From the NCBI GenBank assembly GCA_965204735.1, contig OZ242008.1:3072001-3136000 (forward strand): a stretch of 64,000 nt of DNA, in the 5' to 3' direction. Below are positions 48,024 through 57,497 of the stretch, in pieces. The translations under genes were made by a program, and so were the position numbers. The notes beneath the pieces are model-generated. The model was not told the DNA's origin and did not search any database. It saw only the letters and a list, made by a program, of their open reading frames with translations. The stretch comes from Longimicrobiales bacterium (GTDB lineage Bacteria > Gemmatimonadota > Gemmatimonadetes > Longimicrobiales > Gaopeijiaceae). Within the stretch, counting starts at the first letter, position 1. Each line of letters opens with the position of its first letter.

Positions 48024-49879
48024 GAGGCGCCGGACCATCCGTTCAGCGCGTAGACTCTGCCGTCGTGGAAAGCGGCCACCACTTCGTGGTCGGGCCATTG
48101 AGCTTCAAGGGACTCCCAGGCCGGCGACGTCTGCTTGTCGCACCTGCGCTCGCCTCCGTCGGTCGTCGCTTCCAGCAGAAAGAGACGCTCCGTCGGCGCT
48201 TCGCCGGGCGGCGCCGAGCCGGGCAGCGCCGATCCGCCCGGCCCGTCGGTCCGGTCCTCGGGGGCCGACACCCTGTGGACGTTCTGAGGACTTTGCGACG
48301 CCGCTTCAGAGTACGCGCCCACTTCTTCGTCGAAAGGATACGACTCCCGCAAGTAGAAGAGCGTCGGCCTCTCGACTTGACGGCAGGCGGTGAAGTAGTC
48401 GCCCGGGCGCATGTGCTCGTCGACCGACGACGCCATGGCCAGAAGGCTGCGCAACGGGCGAAAGACGCCCCTGTACACGATCAGCGCGTCGGGCCGGGTC
48501 GCCCACCACGACGAGACGCCGAGCAGCAATGCCACGACGCAGCACTCCAGGGCCCGGCGACCCGACTCCGCCGAGACGCCGCGCCAACGCTCCGCCGCTC
48601 GGAACGCGGCGCGTTCCACCAGGACCGCCGCGCCGACTCCCGCCGTCGTCGTGAGCACAAGCAGCGCCCAGATGAACATGCGGGCATGGGGCACGAAGGG
48701 ATACGCCAGCAGCAGCAAGCAGGTGGCGATACCGGCCGCCGACAGCAACGCCGCCCTTCGCCCGCCCGTCCGCCCGGGAACGGCGGCGCCGACGACGACG
48801 AGCGCAAGCAGGACGCCCTGCGCCCATGCAGGAACAGCCAAGTGCCAGTCGCGCCACATGGCGACCGGGTGCGCCGGAAGCGGAAGCGATCCCGCCAGGG
48901 AGTACCGTCGCGCGCGATGAAACTCTCCCACCTCCAGCACGTCGTTCGCCGCGAACACGGGCAGGTACAGGACCGCGGCCGCGACAACTGCGACGACCGA
49001 CCATGCGGCCGTCCTGATCACAAAAGGTCCCAGGGCGTCGCGACGGTGGGCGCCCCAACGGGCCAGCAGCATCCACGCCACCGTCGTCCCGGCGCAAAAC
49101 GCCATCAGCGGCACGGTGAACAAGCCGAAGGCGACAGCCGCGGCCCACGCCGCCCACAGCGTCTTCTTCTCCGGATTTCGCACCAGCGCCCGCGCGCACA
49201 GCAGCGACGTCGCGAACATCAGGAGCAGCAACGTGTAGCCCCGGGCGCTGGCGGCGAACGACAGGAAGAACGGCGACACCGCCGCAAGGGCCGTCGCAAG
49301 CCTGGCGGCAACCGGTCCGTACTCTTGGCGCACGAACCACCACAGCGCGGGCAGGAGAAGGCAAAACGACAGAAACGCGGGCAGTCGAAGCGCGACCCGA
49401 TTCCATCCGGCGAGCTTGTGCACGCCCCAAACCAGCAACGTGTGCAAGACGTGGTTGTTTGGGTCGTTGTACTTGCTCACCGCCACGGAGAACGGCTGCG
49501 TCGCATAGGCCGTCAGCGTGATGCTCTCGTCCCACTCCAGGCGCGCATCCAAGCCGTGTGCGGCCAAGACGACGCCCGCGACGATCACCAGCGCCGCCGC
49601 GAGAACCTCCGCGCGTCGGGGAGGCGGCATCCGGGACGGCGACGGGACGGTCGGCAGATCGCGCCCAACGAGCGTCCAGCCGCCCAGCAACGTCGCCGCA
49701 AACACGGCCGCGGCGACCGCGGCGTCCTGCAGGGGCACGACCCTGTCGTAGTCCCTGGCCGCCTCCGGCTCCCACAACCAGCCCACAACGGCGGCCCCCG
49801 CAGCAAGAGCGGCCAAGCCAACCACCAAGGGCACGCCCCGTCGCCAAACCGGGCCGAAGCCCGGCATGGGCGCCGTCAC
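48020..49879 (-). CDS. GT-C fold membrane glycosyltransferase, paralogue 1
   Basis: WDE, 'PNNHVLHT', 'ARGYTL'; start at GTG 49879 or ATG 49867. Confidence 0.8.
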   Translation of the reverse strand: MTAPMPGFGPVWRRGVPLVVGLAALAAGAAVVGWLWEPEAARDYDRVVPLQDAAVAAAVFAATLLGGWTLVGRDLPTVPSPSRMPPPRRAEVLAAALVIVAGVVLAAHGLDARLEWDESITLTAYATQPFSVAVSKYNDPNNHVLHTLLVWGVHKLAGWNRVALRLPAFLSFCLLLPALWWFVRQEYGPVAARLATALAAVSPFFLSFAASARGYTLLLLMFATSLLCARALVRNPEKKTLWAAWAAAVAFGLFTVPLMAFCAGTTVAWMLLARWGAHRRDALGPFVIRTAAWSVVAVVAAAVLYLPVFAANDVLEVGEFHRARRYSLAGSLPLPAHPVAMWRDWHLAVPAWAQGVLLALVVVGAAVPGRTGGRRAALLSAAGIATCLLLLAYPFVPHARMFIWALLVLTTTAGVGAAVLVERAAFRAAERWRGVSAESGRRALECCVVALLLGVSSWWATRPDALIVYRGVFRPLRSLLAMASSVDEHMRPGDYFTACRQVERPTLFYLRESYPFDEEVGAYSEAASQSPQNVHRVSAPEDRTDGPGGSALPGSAPPGEAPTERLFLLEATTDGGERRCDKQTSPAWESLEAQWPDHEVVAAFHDGRVYALNGWSGAS

Positions 49880-49942
49880 GGCGGGGAAGTCGTCGGACGA
49901 CCCCGCATTGCGTCCGTACGGTCGCGCATGGAAGTTGCGTTC

Positions 49943-50389
49943 ATGAATACTCTCCAGAAGGCCGCCAACACCCTGTTCGCAGAGGCTCTGGCCGCCACTG
50001 GCGCCCGGGACCCTCGCGACTACTATCGGGCCCGCCTGCGGGACCTGAAGCGCGCCAACCCGGCGGGGTACGCCGAAGCGGTGCAATACTACCGCGACAC
50101 GCTGGTTCCGTCCATAGCCGAAGGGGGCGCCGAGCCCATTGCGGCGTGGCGCGAGTACGGACTGCTGATCGCTCGCGCGACCGCCCCGGGACGCACCGTG
50201 GCCGTGGACGCGACGGGCCGGGCGCGCGACTACGGTCCTCCGGCCGACCCCGGCGAGATGATCCTGCACCTTCCGGACGCCCGGCAGGGACCCGCGTTGC
50301 TGGTGGGGCTCCCTCCCGAGCCGTCGCCTGCTCAATCGGCCACGTACGACTGGCTCGCCGCCGGGCGGAGGGGGCTGCGGGGGGCGTGA
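49943..50389 (+). CDS. Hypothetical protein (148 aa)
   Basis: 'GARDPRDYYRARLRDLK...YY...AWREYG...ILHLP...QSATYDWL'; globular composition. Confidence 0.75.
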   Translation: MNTLQKAANTLFAEALAATGARDPRDYYRARLRDLKRANPAGYAEAVQYYRDTLVPSIAEGGAEPIAAWREYGLLIARATAPGRTVAVDATGRARDYGPPADPGEMILHLPDARQGPALLVGLPPEPSPAQSATYDWLAAGRRGLRGA

Positions 50390-50562
50390 CGGCCGCGACC
50401 GGGACGGGCGCCGTGCCGGCCCGGGCGGGGCTGCGACGGCGGCCGCCACTTGGCCGGGGCGTGACGGCCACGACTGGGACCGGCGCCGTGCCCCCTCTGG
50501 TCGCGTTGGCCGGCGCGATCGCCGGCAAGGGGTGACGGCCATGGCCGGGACGGGCGCCGTGC
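50386..50562 (+). repeat. Three imperfect ~31-bp direct repeats of a gene-start sequence
   Basis: gtgacggcc...gggac.ggcgccgtgc at 50386, 50461 and 50532. Confidence 0.85.
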
Positions 50563-51338
50563 ACGTGAGCTGGGGGCGGGTCGCTTCGCTCGGCGGGAAC
50601 GTCCGGGCGGCCGGCGCAAGCCCCGCGCCGGGCGGTCTGGCGCTACTCTCGGAGGACGAGCTGGCCAGGGCCGAGCGGACCCGGAATGCGCTGGCCAGGC
50701 GGCAGTTCGTAGCAGGACGGGTCCTGCTGCGCAGGGCGTTGGGGCGCGCAACGGGGGTCGCGCCCGAGGCGTTCCGCTTCCGGTGCGAGGAGCGGGGAAA
50801 GCCGTTCCTGCCCGGGGGACCGCCGTTCAGCTTGTCCCACTCGGGCGACCGGGTGGTCGTCGCCGTTGGAACGGGAGGCCCGGCCGCGGGACGAGTGGGC
50901 GTGGACGTCGAGGTCGTGCGGCCCGTGCGACGGATGGCGGCCGTGGTGCGTCGTCGGTTCGCGCCGGAAGAGGCGGAGTGGTGGGCGCAGCAGCCTCCGG
51001 CCCGGCGCGCCGCCGCGTTCTTCCATATCTGGACGCGGAAGGAGGCGTTCGCGAAGGCGGTGGGACGAGGGCTGGCGTTGCCTGGGACGGCGTTTGCGGT
51101 GGCGACCGTGGACGGGCTCGCCGGGGCCCGACCGCCTGCCGGCTCGGACGACGCCGAGGCCGGGAGTTCGCTACGGGCCCTTCGCGCAGGCCCGCTTGCG
51201 CGCTTGGACCTTCCTGTCGAGCAACCTTCGCAGTGGAGCGTGGGCGGACTCCTGCCCGGGCCCGGCGCCGAGGCGGTGGGAGCGGTGGCGGCCGACTGGC
51301 CGGAGGCCGCAGTGGTGGAGGGCGCCGACCGAGGCTGA
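50532..51338 (+). CDS. Sfp-type 4'-phosphopantetheinyl transferase
   Basis: 'GKP', 'FSLSHS', 'VGVDVE', 'WTRKEAFAKAVGRGL'. Confidence 0.92.
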   Translation: MTAMAGTGAVHVSWGRVASLGGNVRAAGASPAPGGLALLSEDELARAERTRNALARRQFVAGRVLLRRALGRATGVAPEAFRFRCEERGKPFLPGGPPFSLSHSGDRVVVAVGTGGPAAGRVGVDVEVVRPVRRMAAVVRRRFAPEEAEWWAQQPPARRAAAFFHIWTRKEAFAKAVGRGLALPGTAFAVATVDGLAGARPPAGSDDAEAGSSLRALRAGPLARLDLPVEQPSQWSVGGLLPGPGAEAVGAVAADWPEAAVVEGADRG

Positions 51339-51352
51339 CCGGCCCTTGGCAG

Positions 51353-52276
51353 TCAGCCCCCGCAGGGTGCGGCGCCGGTCGTCGCGTTGGAGCAGATGGC
51401 GCCGTTCGCGTAGCAGGTGTAGCAGGCGGCTTCCGCCAGGCGCGCGTCGACCCGCGTCGCTTCGGCGAGGGTGTCCGCCAAGCGAGCGCTTGGGTAGTCC
51501 AGCAGTATCGGACAGGCGTACACGCCGTCGGCGGTCACCAAGCGAGCACGGGTGCAGAGGAGCTGATCCAGGTCGTAGCCGCACATCATCTCGTGGGTTA
51601 CCCGCTCGGCCGGGGCGTATCCGCGACTGCGGGCGCTCTCCTCGCCGATGAGGAGAGGGGGCAGGATCTTGAGGCGCGGGTCGTCGTAGCCCACGGCGGC
51701 CAACGAGCTCCTGAAGGCGCAGAGGGTGGCGCTGGTCTCGCAGTCGGTCCAGCTCTGCATTGCCGTGACGATCGGACGAAAGCCGGCCGCGACCAGCCGT
51801 CCCACGCCTTCCATCGCCCGCTCGAAGGCCCCGTCGCCTCGGATGGCGTCGTTCGCCGCCGCGGTCGGACCGTCTATGCTGACCCGAAACTCCAGGGCGT
51901 GGCTTCTGTTCGCGGCCACTCGCCGCAACGCATCGACCCGCCGGGGCGGCAAGAGCGTCGCGTTCGTGAGAACCGTGGCGGGACCGCGCGCGAGCACGTC
52001 CGCCAGGATGCCCTCCATCTCGTTGTTCATGAAGGGCTCGCCGCCGGTGAAGTAGTACTCCTTCACGCTCATCTCCGCCGACTCCCGCAACGCTTCTCGG
52101 ACCATGGCGCGGGACATGAACCAGAAGGAATGGTTGTCCGGCGAGCAGGAGATGAAGCAGTGGCGGCACCGGAGGTTGCACACCGTGCCGGCGACTTGGA
52201 ACCAGAGCTGGTCCAAGGCCGCAAGGGGCACGGCAGGAACGGCAGGGAGCACGGCGGGAGCGGCGGCCGCGATCAT
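51353..52276 (-). CDS. Radical SAM protein with Cys-rich C-terminus
   Basis: CNLRCRHC, 'FTGGEPF', 'LTNA', C-terminal C..CP..CYTC..C; AGGAG RBS. Confidence 0.92.
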   Translation of the reverse strand: MIAAAAPAVLPAVPAVPLAALDQLWFQVAGTVCNLRCRHCFISCSPDNHSFWFMSRAMVREALRESAEMSVKEYYFTGGEPFMNNEMEGILADVLARGPATVLTNATLLPPRRVDALRRVAANRSHALEFRVSIDGPTAAANDAIRGDGAFERAMEGVGRLVAAGFRPIVTAMQSWTDCETSATLCAFRSSLAAVGYDDPRLKILPPLLIGEESARSRGYAPAERVTHEMMCGYDLDQLLCTRARLVTADGVYACPILLDYPSARLADTLAEATRVDARLAEAACYTCYANGAICSNATTGAAPCGG

Positions 52277-52451
52277 TGGGACTCCTGTTGGGGGCTTCCA
52301 CGCCCGAAGGCTGTCGGTCTGCTTGCCTGGAAGCTTCTCGGCGTTGCCGGCCGCCCGTCGCGCTTGTGAAGGTCGTCGGTCGTGGCAAGGTTACGATTCC
52401 CTCCGACCGAGCTTTCCGCAACCCGTTCCCTCGCTCCATTGCCCCGCCCCG

Positions 52452-53888
52452 ATGCGATTCGAGACCGTAAACCCCGCCAACGGCCAGCTTCTTCGCAGGT
52501 ATCCCTTCCTTCCGCCGGAACGGCTCGAGGCGGCGGTCGAGAAGGCGGCGCGAGCCCAGCGGGAGTGGCGGCGGGTCCCCGTCCACGAGCGGGCCCGGGT
52601 CGTGGGGAAAGTCGCCGGCGTGCTGCGGGACCGAACCCGGCAGCTCGCCGAGACCGTCACGCAGGAGATGGGCAAGCCGCTTCGCGAGGCGGTGGCGGAG
52701 GTGGAGAAAAGCGCCTTGGGGTGCGAATACTACGCCGAGAACGGGCCTGCGTTCCTGGCGGACCGGCGGGTCGCGGGGGGACCGGTCGGGCAGGCCGGCG
52801 GCGCACCGGCGCTCGGAGGCGTGGACTCGCCGGCGGGCGCCGTCGATGGGAGGCCCGGCAGCTTCGTCTCGTTTCAGCCTCTGGGACTGGTGCTGGCGAT
52901 CATGCCGTGGAACTTCCCGTTGTGGCAAGTTGCAAGAGCCGCGGCGCCGGCGTTGACGGCGGGCAACGGAGTTCTCCTCAAGCACGCGCCCAACGTGCCC
53001 AAGTGCGCTCTGGACGTCGTGGAGGCCTTCGAGGCGGCGGGGCTTCCCCGCGGGCTGTTCGCGAACCTCTTCGTCGACGTGGAGACGACGGGGGCTCTGG
53101 TGCGCGACCGGCGGGTCCAGGGCGTGACGCTGACGGGCAGCACCGAGGCCGGGCGGAGCGTGGGCGCCGTCGCCGGCGCCGAGATCAAGTCCTGCGTGCT
53201 GGAGCTGGGGGGCAGCGACCCCTACGTGGTGCTTGACGACGCCGACGTGGAGCGGACGGTGGAAGCCTGCGTGACCGGACGGCTGATCAACGCCGGGCAG
53301 AGCTGCATAGCCCCGAAGCGGCTGATCGTGCACGAAGCCGTGGCGGACGAGTTCGAGGCGGCCGTGGTGGAGCGAATGGGCGCGGTCCGGGTGGGCGACC
53401 CCATGGCCGAGGCCACGGAGATGGGACCGCTGGCCAGGCGCGACCTGCGGGACCGGCTGGCGTCGCAGGTCGTCCGAAGCATCGACGCCGGGGCCAAGCG
53501 GCTGCTGGGGGGCGACGTGCCCGACGTGCCCGGCTGGTACTACCCGCCGACGGTGCTGGCCGGGGTCCGGCCGGGGATGCCCGCCCACGACGAGGAGCTC
53601 TTCGGGCCAGTGGCCAGCATTGTGCGCGCCGGATCGGAAGAAGAGGCGCTGCGGATCGCCAACCGCACGTCCTACGGGCTGGGAGCGGCCGTGTTCACGC
53701 AGGACCTGGAACGGGGCGCCCGGATCGCCCGCACGGAGCTGGAAGCGGGGTCGTGCTTCGTCAACGACTTCGTGAAGTCGGATCCCAGGCTGCCCTTCGG
53801 CGGCGTGAAGGCCAGCGGGGTCGGGCGGGAGCTGTCGGAGTTCGGCATCCGCGAGTTCGTGAACGTGAAGACGGTGGTGCTGGCGTGA
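52452..53888 (+). CDS. NAD(P)-dependent succinate-semialdehyde dehydrogenase-like ALDH
   Basis: 'IMPWNFP', 'LTGS', 'LELGGSDP', 'NAGQSCIA', 'EELFGPV', 'PFGGVK'. Confidence 0.92.
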   Translation: MRFETVNPANGQLLRRYPFLPPERLEAAVEKAARAQREWRRVPVHERARVVGKVAGVLRDRTRQLAETVTQEMGKPLREAVAEVEKSALGCEYYAENGPAFLADRRVAGGPVGQAGGAPALGGVDSPAGAVDGRPGSFVSFQPLGLVLAIMPWNFPLWQVARAAAPALTAGNGVLLKHAPNVPKCALDVVEAFEAAGLPRGLFANLFVDVETTGALVRDRRVQGVTLTGSTEAGRSVGAVAGAEIKSCVLELGGSDPYVVLDDADVERTVEACVTGRLINAGQSCIAPKRLIVHEAVADEFEAAVVERMGAVRVGDPMAEATEMGPLARRDLRDRLASQVVRSIDAGAKRLLGGDVPDVPGWYYPPTVLAGVRPGMPAHDEELFGPVASIVRAGSEEEALRIANRTSYGLGAAVFTQDLERGARIARTELEAGSCFVNDFVKSDPRLPFGGVKASGVGRELSEFGIREFVNVKTVVLA

Positions 53889-53901
53889 CTGGAAGATCGA
53901 C

Positions 53902-55650
53902 GTGACCAAGCGGGCCAAGATATCCGGCTCCAGCCTGAAGAACGCCTTTCGGGAGATCATCTGGCCCCGACGACGGCTGGTCCTGCTGGGGCTCGGGCTT
54001 ATTCTCTTCAATCGACTTGCTGGGCTGGTGCTCCCCGCTTCGAGCCGGTACCTGATCGACAACGTGATCGCCGAGGCCAACGTCGAGCTGCTCTACTGGC
54101 TGGTGGGCGCGGTGGCGGGCGCCGTGGTGGTGCAGTCCGCCACGTCCTACGCGCTGACTCTTCTGCTGAGCGTGGAAGCGCAGCACCTGATCGCCAACCT
54201 TCGCTCGCAGGTGCAGAAGCATGTGCTGGAGCTGCCCGTGCGAGTCTTCGACAATACAAAGTCGGGCGAACTCGTGTCGCGGATCATGAACGACGTGGAG
54301 GGCGTGCGCAACTTGGTCGGCACGGGACTTGTGCAGCTTGTAGGAGGGACGATCACGGCGGTGGTGGCTCTGGGCTTCCTGATGGGAATCAGCCCCGTGA
54401 TGACGTTGCTGGCGCTCGGGCCGCTGGCCGGCTTTGCGCTGGTGTCGACGAAGGCGTTCAAGAGGTTGCGACCGGCGTTTCGCAAGCGGGGCGAGATCGC
54501 GGCCGAAGTCACGGGGCGGCTCACCGAGGCCCTCGGCGGGATACGCATCATCAAGGGCTTCAACGCCGTGCGCAAGGAAGAGGACGTGTTCCGGGCGGGG
54601 GTCATGCGCATCTTCGACAACGTCAAGACGACATTGACGATGTCCAGCATGGTCACGAGCTTGGGCGCGTTCTTCATGGGCTTGGCCGGCGTCTTGATCA
54701 TGGCTTACGGCGGGCGCTTGGTGATCGGTGGAGAGCTGTCCGTCGGCGAGCTCTTCTCCTTTACGATCTTTCTGGGGTTCCTGGTGGCGCCGGTGGTGCA
54801 GATGGCGAACATCGGCACCCAGATGACGGAAGCCTTTGCCGGCCTGGACCGGACCGCCGATCTGCTGTCGTGGCCCCGCGAGGACGACGACCCTCGGCGG
54901 GACACGTCGATGCCGCCGGTGGGCGGACACGTCGTCTTCGAGGACGTGCGCTTTCGCTACGAGGACGACAAGCCGGTGCTGCGGGGAATCGACTTCGAGG
55001 CGCAGCCTGGGATGGTGGTGGCGCTGGTGGGAAGCTCGGGGTCGGGCAAGTCCACAATTGCGGGGCTCGCCGCGTCGTTTCTGGAACCGGAGCAGGGGCG
55101 GGTGGTGGTGGACGGCGTGGACTTGCGCAACGTGAAGCTGGCATCGTACCGGGCCCAGCTTGGCTTGGTCCTTCAGGACGACTTTCTCTTCGACGGGACG
55201 ATCCGCGAGAACATGCGCTTCGCCCGCCCGGACGCGCCCGACGCCGACTTGGAGCGGGCCGCGGATCAGGCGTACGTGACCGAGTTCACGGCGCGCTTTC
55301 CGGACGGGCTGGACACGGTGATCGGCGAGCGCGGCGTCAAGCTGTCGGGCGGACAGCGCCAACGGGTGACGATTGCGCGCGCAGCGCTGGCGGACCCCCG
55401 AATCCTAATCCTGGACGAGGCTACTTCGAGCCTCGACACCGAGAGCGAAGCGCTGATCCAGAAGAGCTTGGCCGAACTGATGCGGGAACGCACGACGCTG
55501 GTGATCGCCCATCGGCTTTCGACGATCCAGCGCGCCGACCTCATCCTGGTGATCGAGGACGGTCGGATCGTGGAGCGGGGCAAGCACGACCAACTGATCG
55601 AGCAGCGGGGGCGGTACCACCAGCTGTACACGGTTCAAGCCCGGATCTGA
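53902..55650 (+). CDS. ABC exporter, fused permease/ATPase (MsbA-like)
   Basis: N-terminal TM domain, GSSGSGKS, LSGGQ, DEATSSLD, AHRLST. Confidence 0.95.
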   Translation: MTKRAKISGSSLKNAFREIIWPRRRLVLLGLGLILFNRLAGLVLPASSRYLIDNVIAEANVELLYWLVGAVAGAVVVQSATSYALTLLLSVEAQHLIANLRSQVQKHVLELPVRVFDNTKSGELVSRIMNDVEGVRNLVGTGLVQLVGGTITAVVALGFLMGISPVMTLLALGPLAGFALVSTKAFKRLRPAFRKRGEIAAEVTGRLTEALGGIRIIKGFNAVRKEEDVFRAGVMRIFDNVKTTLTMSSMVTSLGAFFMGLAGVLIMAYGGRLVIGGELSVGELFSFTIFLGFLVAPVVQMANIGTQMTEAFAGLDRTADLLSWPREDDDPRRDTSMPPVGGHVVFEDVRFRYEDDKPVLRGIDFEAQPGMVVALVGSSGSGKSTIAGLAASFLEPEQGRVVVDGVDLRNVKLASYRAQLGLVLQDDFLFDGTIRENMRFARPDAPDADLERAADQAYVTEFTARFPDGLDTVIGERGVKLSGGQRQRVTIARAALADPRILILDEATSSLDTESEALIQKSLAELMRERTTLVIAHRLSTIQRADLILVIEDGRIVERGKHDQLIEQRGRYHQLYTVQARI

Positions 55651-56020
55651 GGGCGCTCCGGTCGCTCGTCGCTGCTTGCTGCGCGCTGTCCGTGCCCTCT
55701 TCCGCAGCCCCTTCGACCAACACGACGAAGCATCGCTCGATCTCTCGATGGAAGCTCGCCGGCAAACGCACCCAGTCCCGGGCTTCCACGACGAACGGGA
55801 TGCGCGATTCTTGAAAGGCTTCGGTCAAGGCGCCGAGGCGGGCCAAGGAAACCTTGGCGCCGTGCCGGCCCCGCACCACCAAGTCCAAGTCGCTGCCGTC
55901 ATGGCTCGGGCCTTGCACCCGACTGCCGTACGCCCACACCTCGGCGCCCGGAACGTGGTCGCGCAGGATCGAAACGATCTCCTTGCGGTGGCGATTCGAC
56001 AGGTGGAGCCGGCCGGTCAA
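55541..56020 (-). CDS. Minimal nucleotidyltransferase (MNT) antitoxin with a run-on C-terminus
   Basis: GS-x10-DxD motif (GSRVQGPSHDGSDLD); TTGA overlap with the HEPN stop. Confidence 0.88.
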   Translation of the reverse strand: MTGRLHLSNRHRKEIVSILRDHVPGAEVWAYGSRVQGPSHDGSDLDLVVRGRHGAKVSLARLGALTEAFQESRIPFVVEARDWVRLPASFHREIERCFVVLVEGAAEEGTDSAQQAATSDRSALRSGLEPCTAGGTAPAARSVGRACPAPRSDRPRSPG

Positions 56021-56454
56021 GGCTGCTGCTCCCTCGTGGACGCATCCGATTCGAGCGCCGCCGTCAGGCGCCTTGCGTCGGCGATGAACTGGGGCAGCAA
56101 GGAAAGTGTTTCGTCGGCAAGGATTTCGCCGTATTCGTGCGAAGTACTGTTGCGGGCATCGCGATACGCCAGCCACCGTTCGCTGCATTCGGGGGAAACG
56201 AGACCATGCTTTGCGGCGTGACGGAACACGTCCTTGAAGCGCAGCCTGTCCACTTGGCGCGTACCGGCAAAGAAGGGGCGCAGCCATCTTCTTGTCAGTT
56301 TGCCGCTCTGCTCCAGCACAACCTCGAACTCCTTGACGCATGCTGCGCGAAACACGTCATGGGCTACATCGTCGCGATCGACGTCTTGGAGCGCCGAATA
56401 AGCGGCTTCCAGCGTGCGAATGCACCGTCCGACGTTGTCGGCGCTCACGGTCAT
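56017..56454 (-). CDS. HEPN toxin (HI0074/NTase substrate-binding family)
   Basis: 'KEFEVVLE', 'FRHAAKHGL', R-x4-H-x-Y motif RNSTSHEY; ATGA overlap with thyX. Confidence 0.88.
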   Translation of the reverse strand: MTVSADNVGRCIRTLEAAYSALQDVDRDDVAHDVFRAACVKEFEVVLEQSGKLTRRWLRPFFAGTRQVDRLRFKDVFRHAAKHGLVSPECSERWLAYRDARNSTSHEYGEILADETLSLLPQFIADARRLTAALESDASTREQQP

Positions 56455-57497
56455 GGCGCGGACGTCCCGTGCTTCGCCACAGCGGCGTTCGCCTTCGCCT
56501 GCATGGCCGAGGCGTCGCGCATGGAGGCAAGTTTCAGGTCGAAATCGAAATCCGAAGGCGAACGTGGGGCAAGCTTGGCCTTGAGTTCCTGGATCTCTCG
56601 GGGAGAGAGGCCGCACTCGGCCAACGCTTTGTTGGACAACGTGGCGCCCGAACGCGCCGCCAGTCCGTCGTCGTCCGCCGCGATCAAGCGCGAGACCGCT
56701 TCCAGCTCGCCGCGGGAGAGTCGGTCCCCCATCACTTGGTAGTCGATCCATGCCTCGTAGCTCAGGGGGGCGACCCGCTTGACCATTCCTGCGATCACAC
56801 GGCCGTACTCCCGTATCTCCCACTGGGCGTGGGGGTCCACGCGAAGCGTCAAGAAGTGGAGAAGGTTGTGCAGGTCGATCTTCCAGTACCACTGGGTGTA
56901 AGTGGACAAGGGCAGGTCGATTCGCGCCAGTTCGCGGGCCACTTCCTGGTCCACAAGCCACCTGTAGTCATCCGCGGCTTTCTCTCTGGCGTTCTCCCAG
57001 CGTCGAACCGTCTCGCGGTAGAGATCGGAGCCGGGGGCCAGTCCGTCGGCGCTGAACCCCGGCAGCACGGACTGCTTCGCGCGACCCTGCTTGTTGGTGG
57101 CGCTTTGCAGCGCGAAGTGGCTTTCCTGGGGCTTGTAGAAGAGAAGCGGCATGATCGAGTAGCGGCCGCTGTACTCGTTCACCGACGCCGTGCGGTGGCG
57201 AATCCATTGGCGGGCGACGAAGATCGGCATCGAGCAGTGGAACTTGAGCTCGACCATCTCCGACGGCGTGGTGTGCAGGTGACGGCGGAGGTAGCGGAGC
57301 AGTCCCCGGGTCTCGGAGAGCTTGCGGGTGCCGTAGCCGTAGCTGACTCGCGCGGCGCGCTCCACGTCCTCGTCCGTGCCCATGTAGTCCACGAGCGCGA
57401 CGAAGCCGTGGTCGAGGACTGGGAAGTAGCCGCCGAGGATCTCCTCCGTCTCCGGGACGGTGGGGCGGCGCGTCGAGGGAACGGAGGGCGAGGCCAT
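56451..57497 (-). CDS. thyX: FAD-dependent thymidylate synthase
   Basis: 'AARVSY', 'HTTPSEM', RHRTASVNEYSGRY, 'ELARIDLP', 'HAQWEIR'. Confidence 0.96.
   Translation of the reverse strand: MASPSVPSTRRPTVPETEEILGGYFPVLDHGFVALVDYMGTDEDVERAARVSYGYGTRKLSETRGLLRYLRRHLHTTPSEMVELKFHCSMPIFVARQWIRHRTASVNEYSGRYSIMPLLFYKPQESHFALQSATNKQGRAKQSVLPGFSADGLAPGSDLYRETVRRWENAREKAADDYRWLVDQEVARELARIDLPLSTYTQWYWKIDLHNLLHFLTLRVDPHAQWEIREYGRVIAGMVKRVAPLSYEAWIDYQVMGDRLSRGELEAVSRLIAADDDGLAARSGATLSNKALAECGLSPREIQELKAKLAPRSPSDFDFDLKLASMRDASAMQAKANAAVAKHGTSAP

Noticed and set aside
50386..50562. Mini CRISPR array (repeat-spacer look)
   Set aside because: Only three degenerate repeats, each coinciding with a GTG start sequence; no cas genes or leader.
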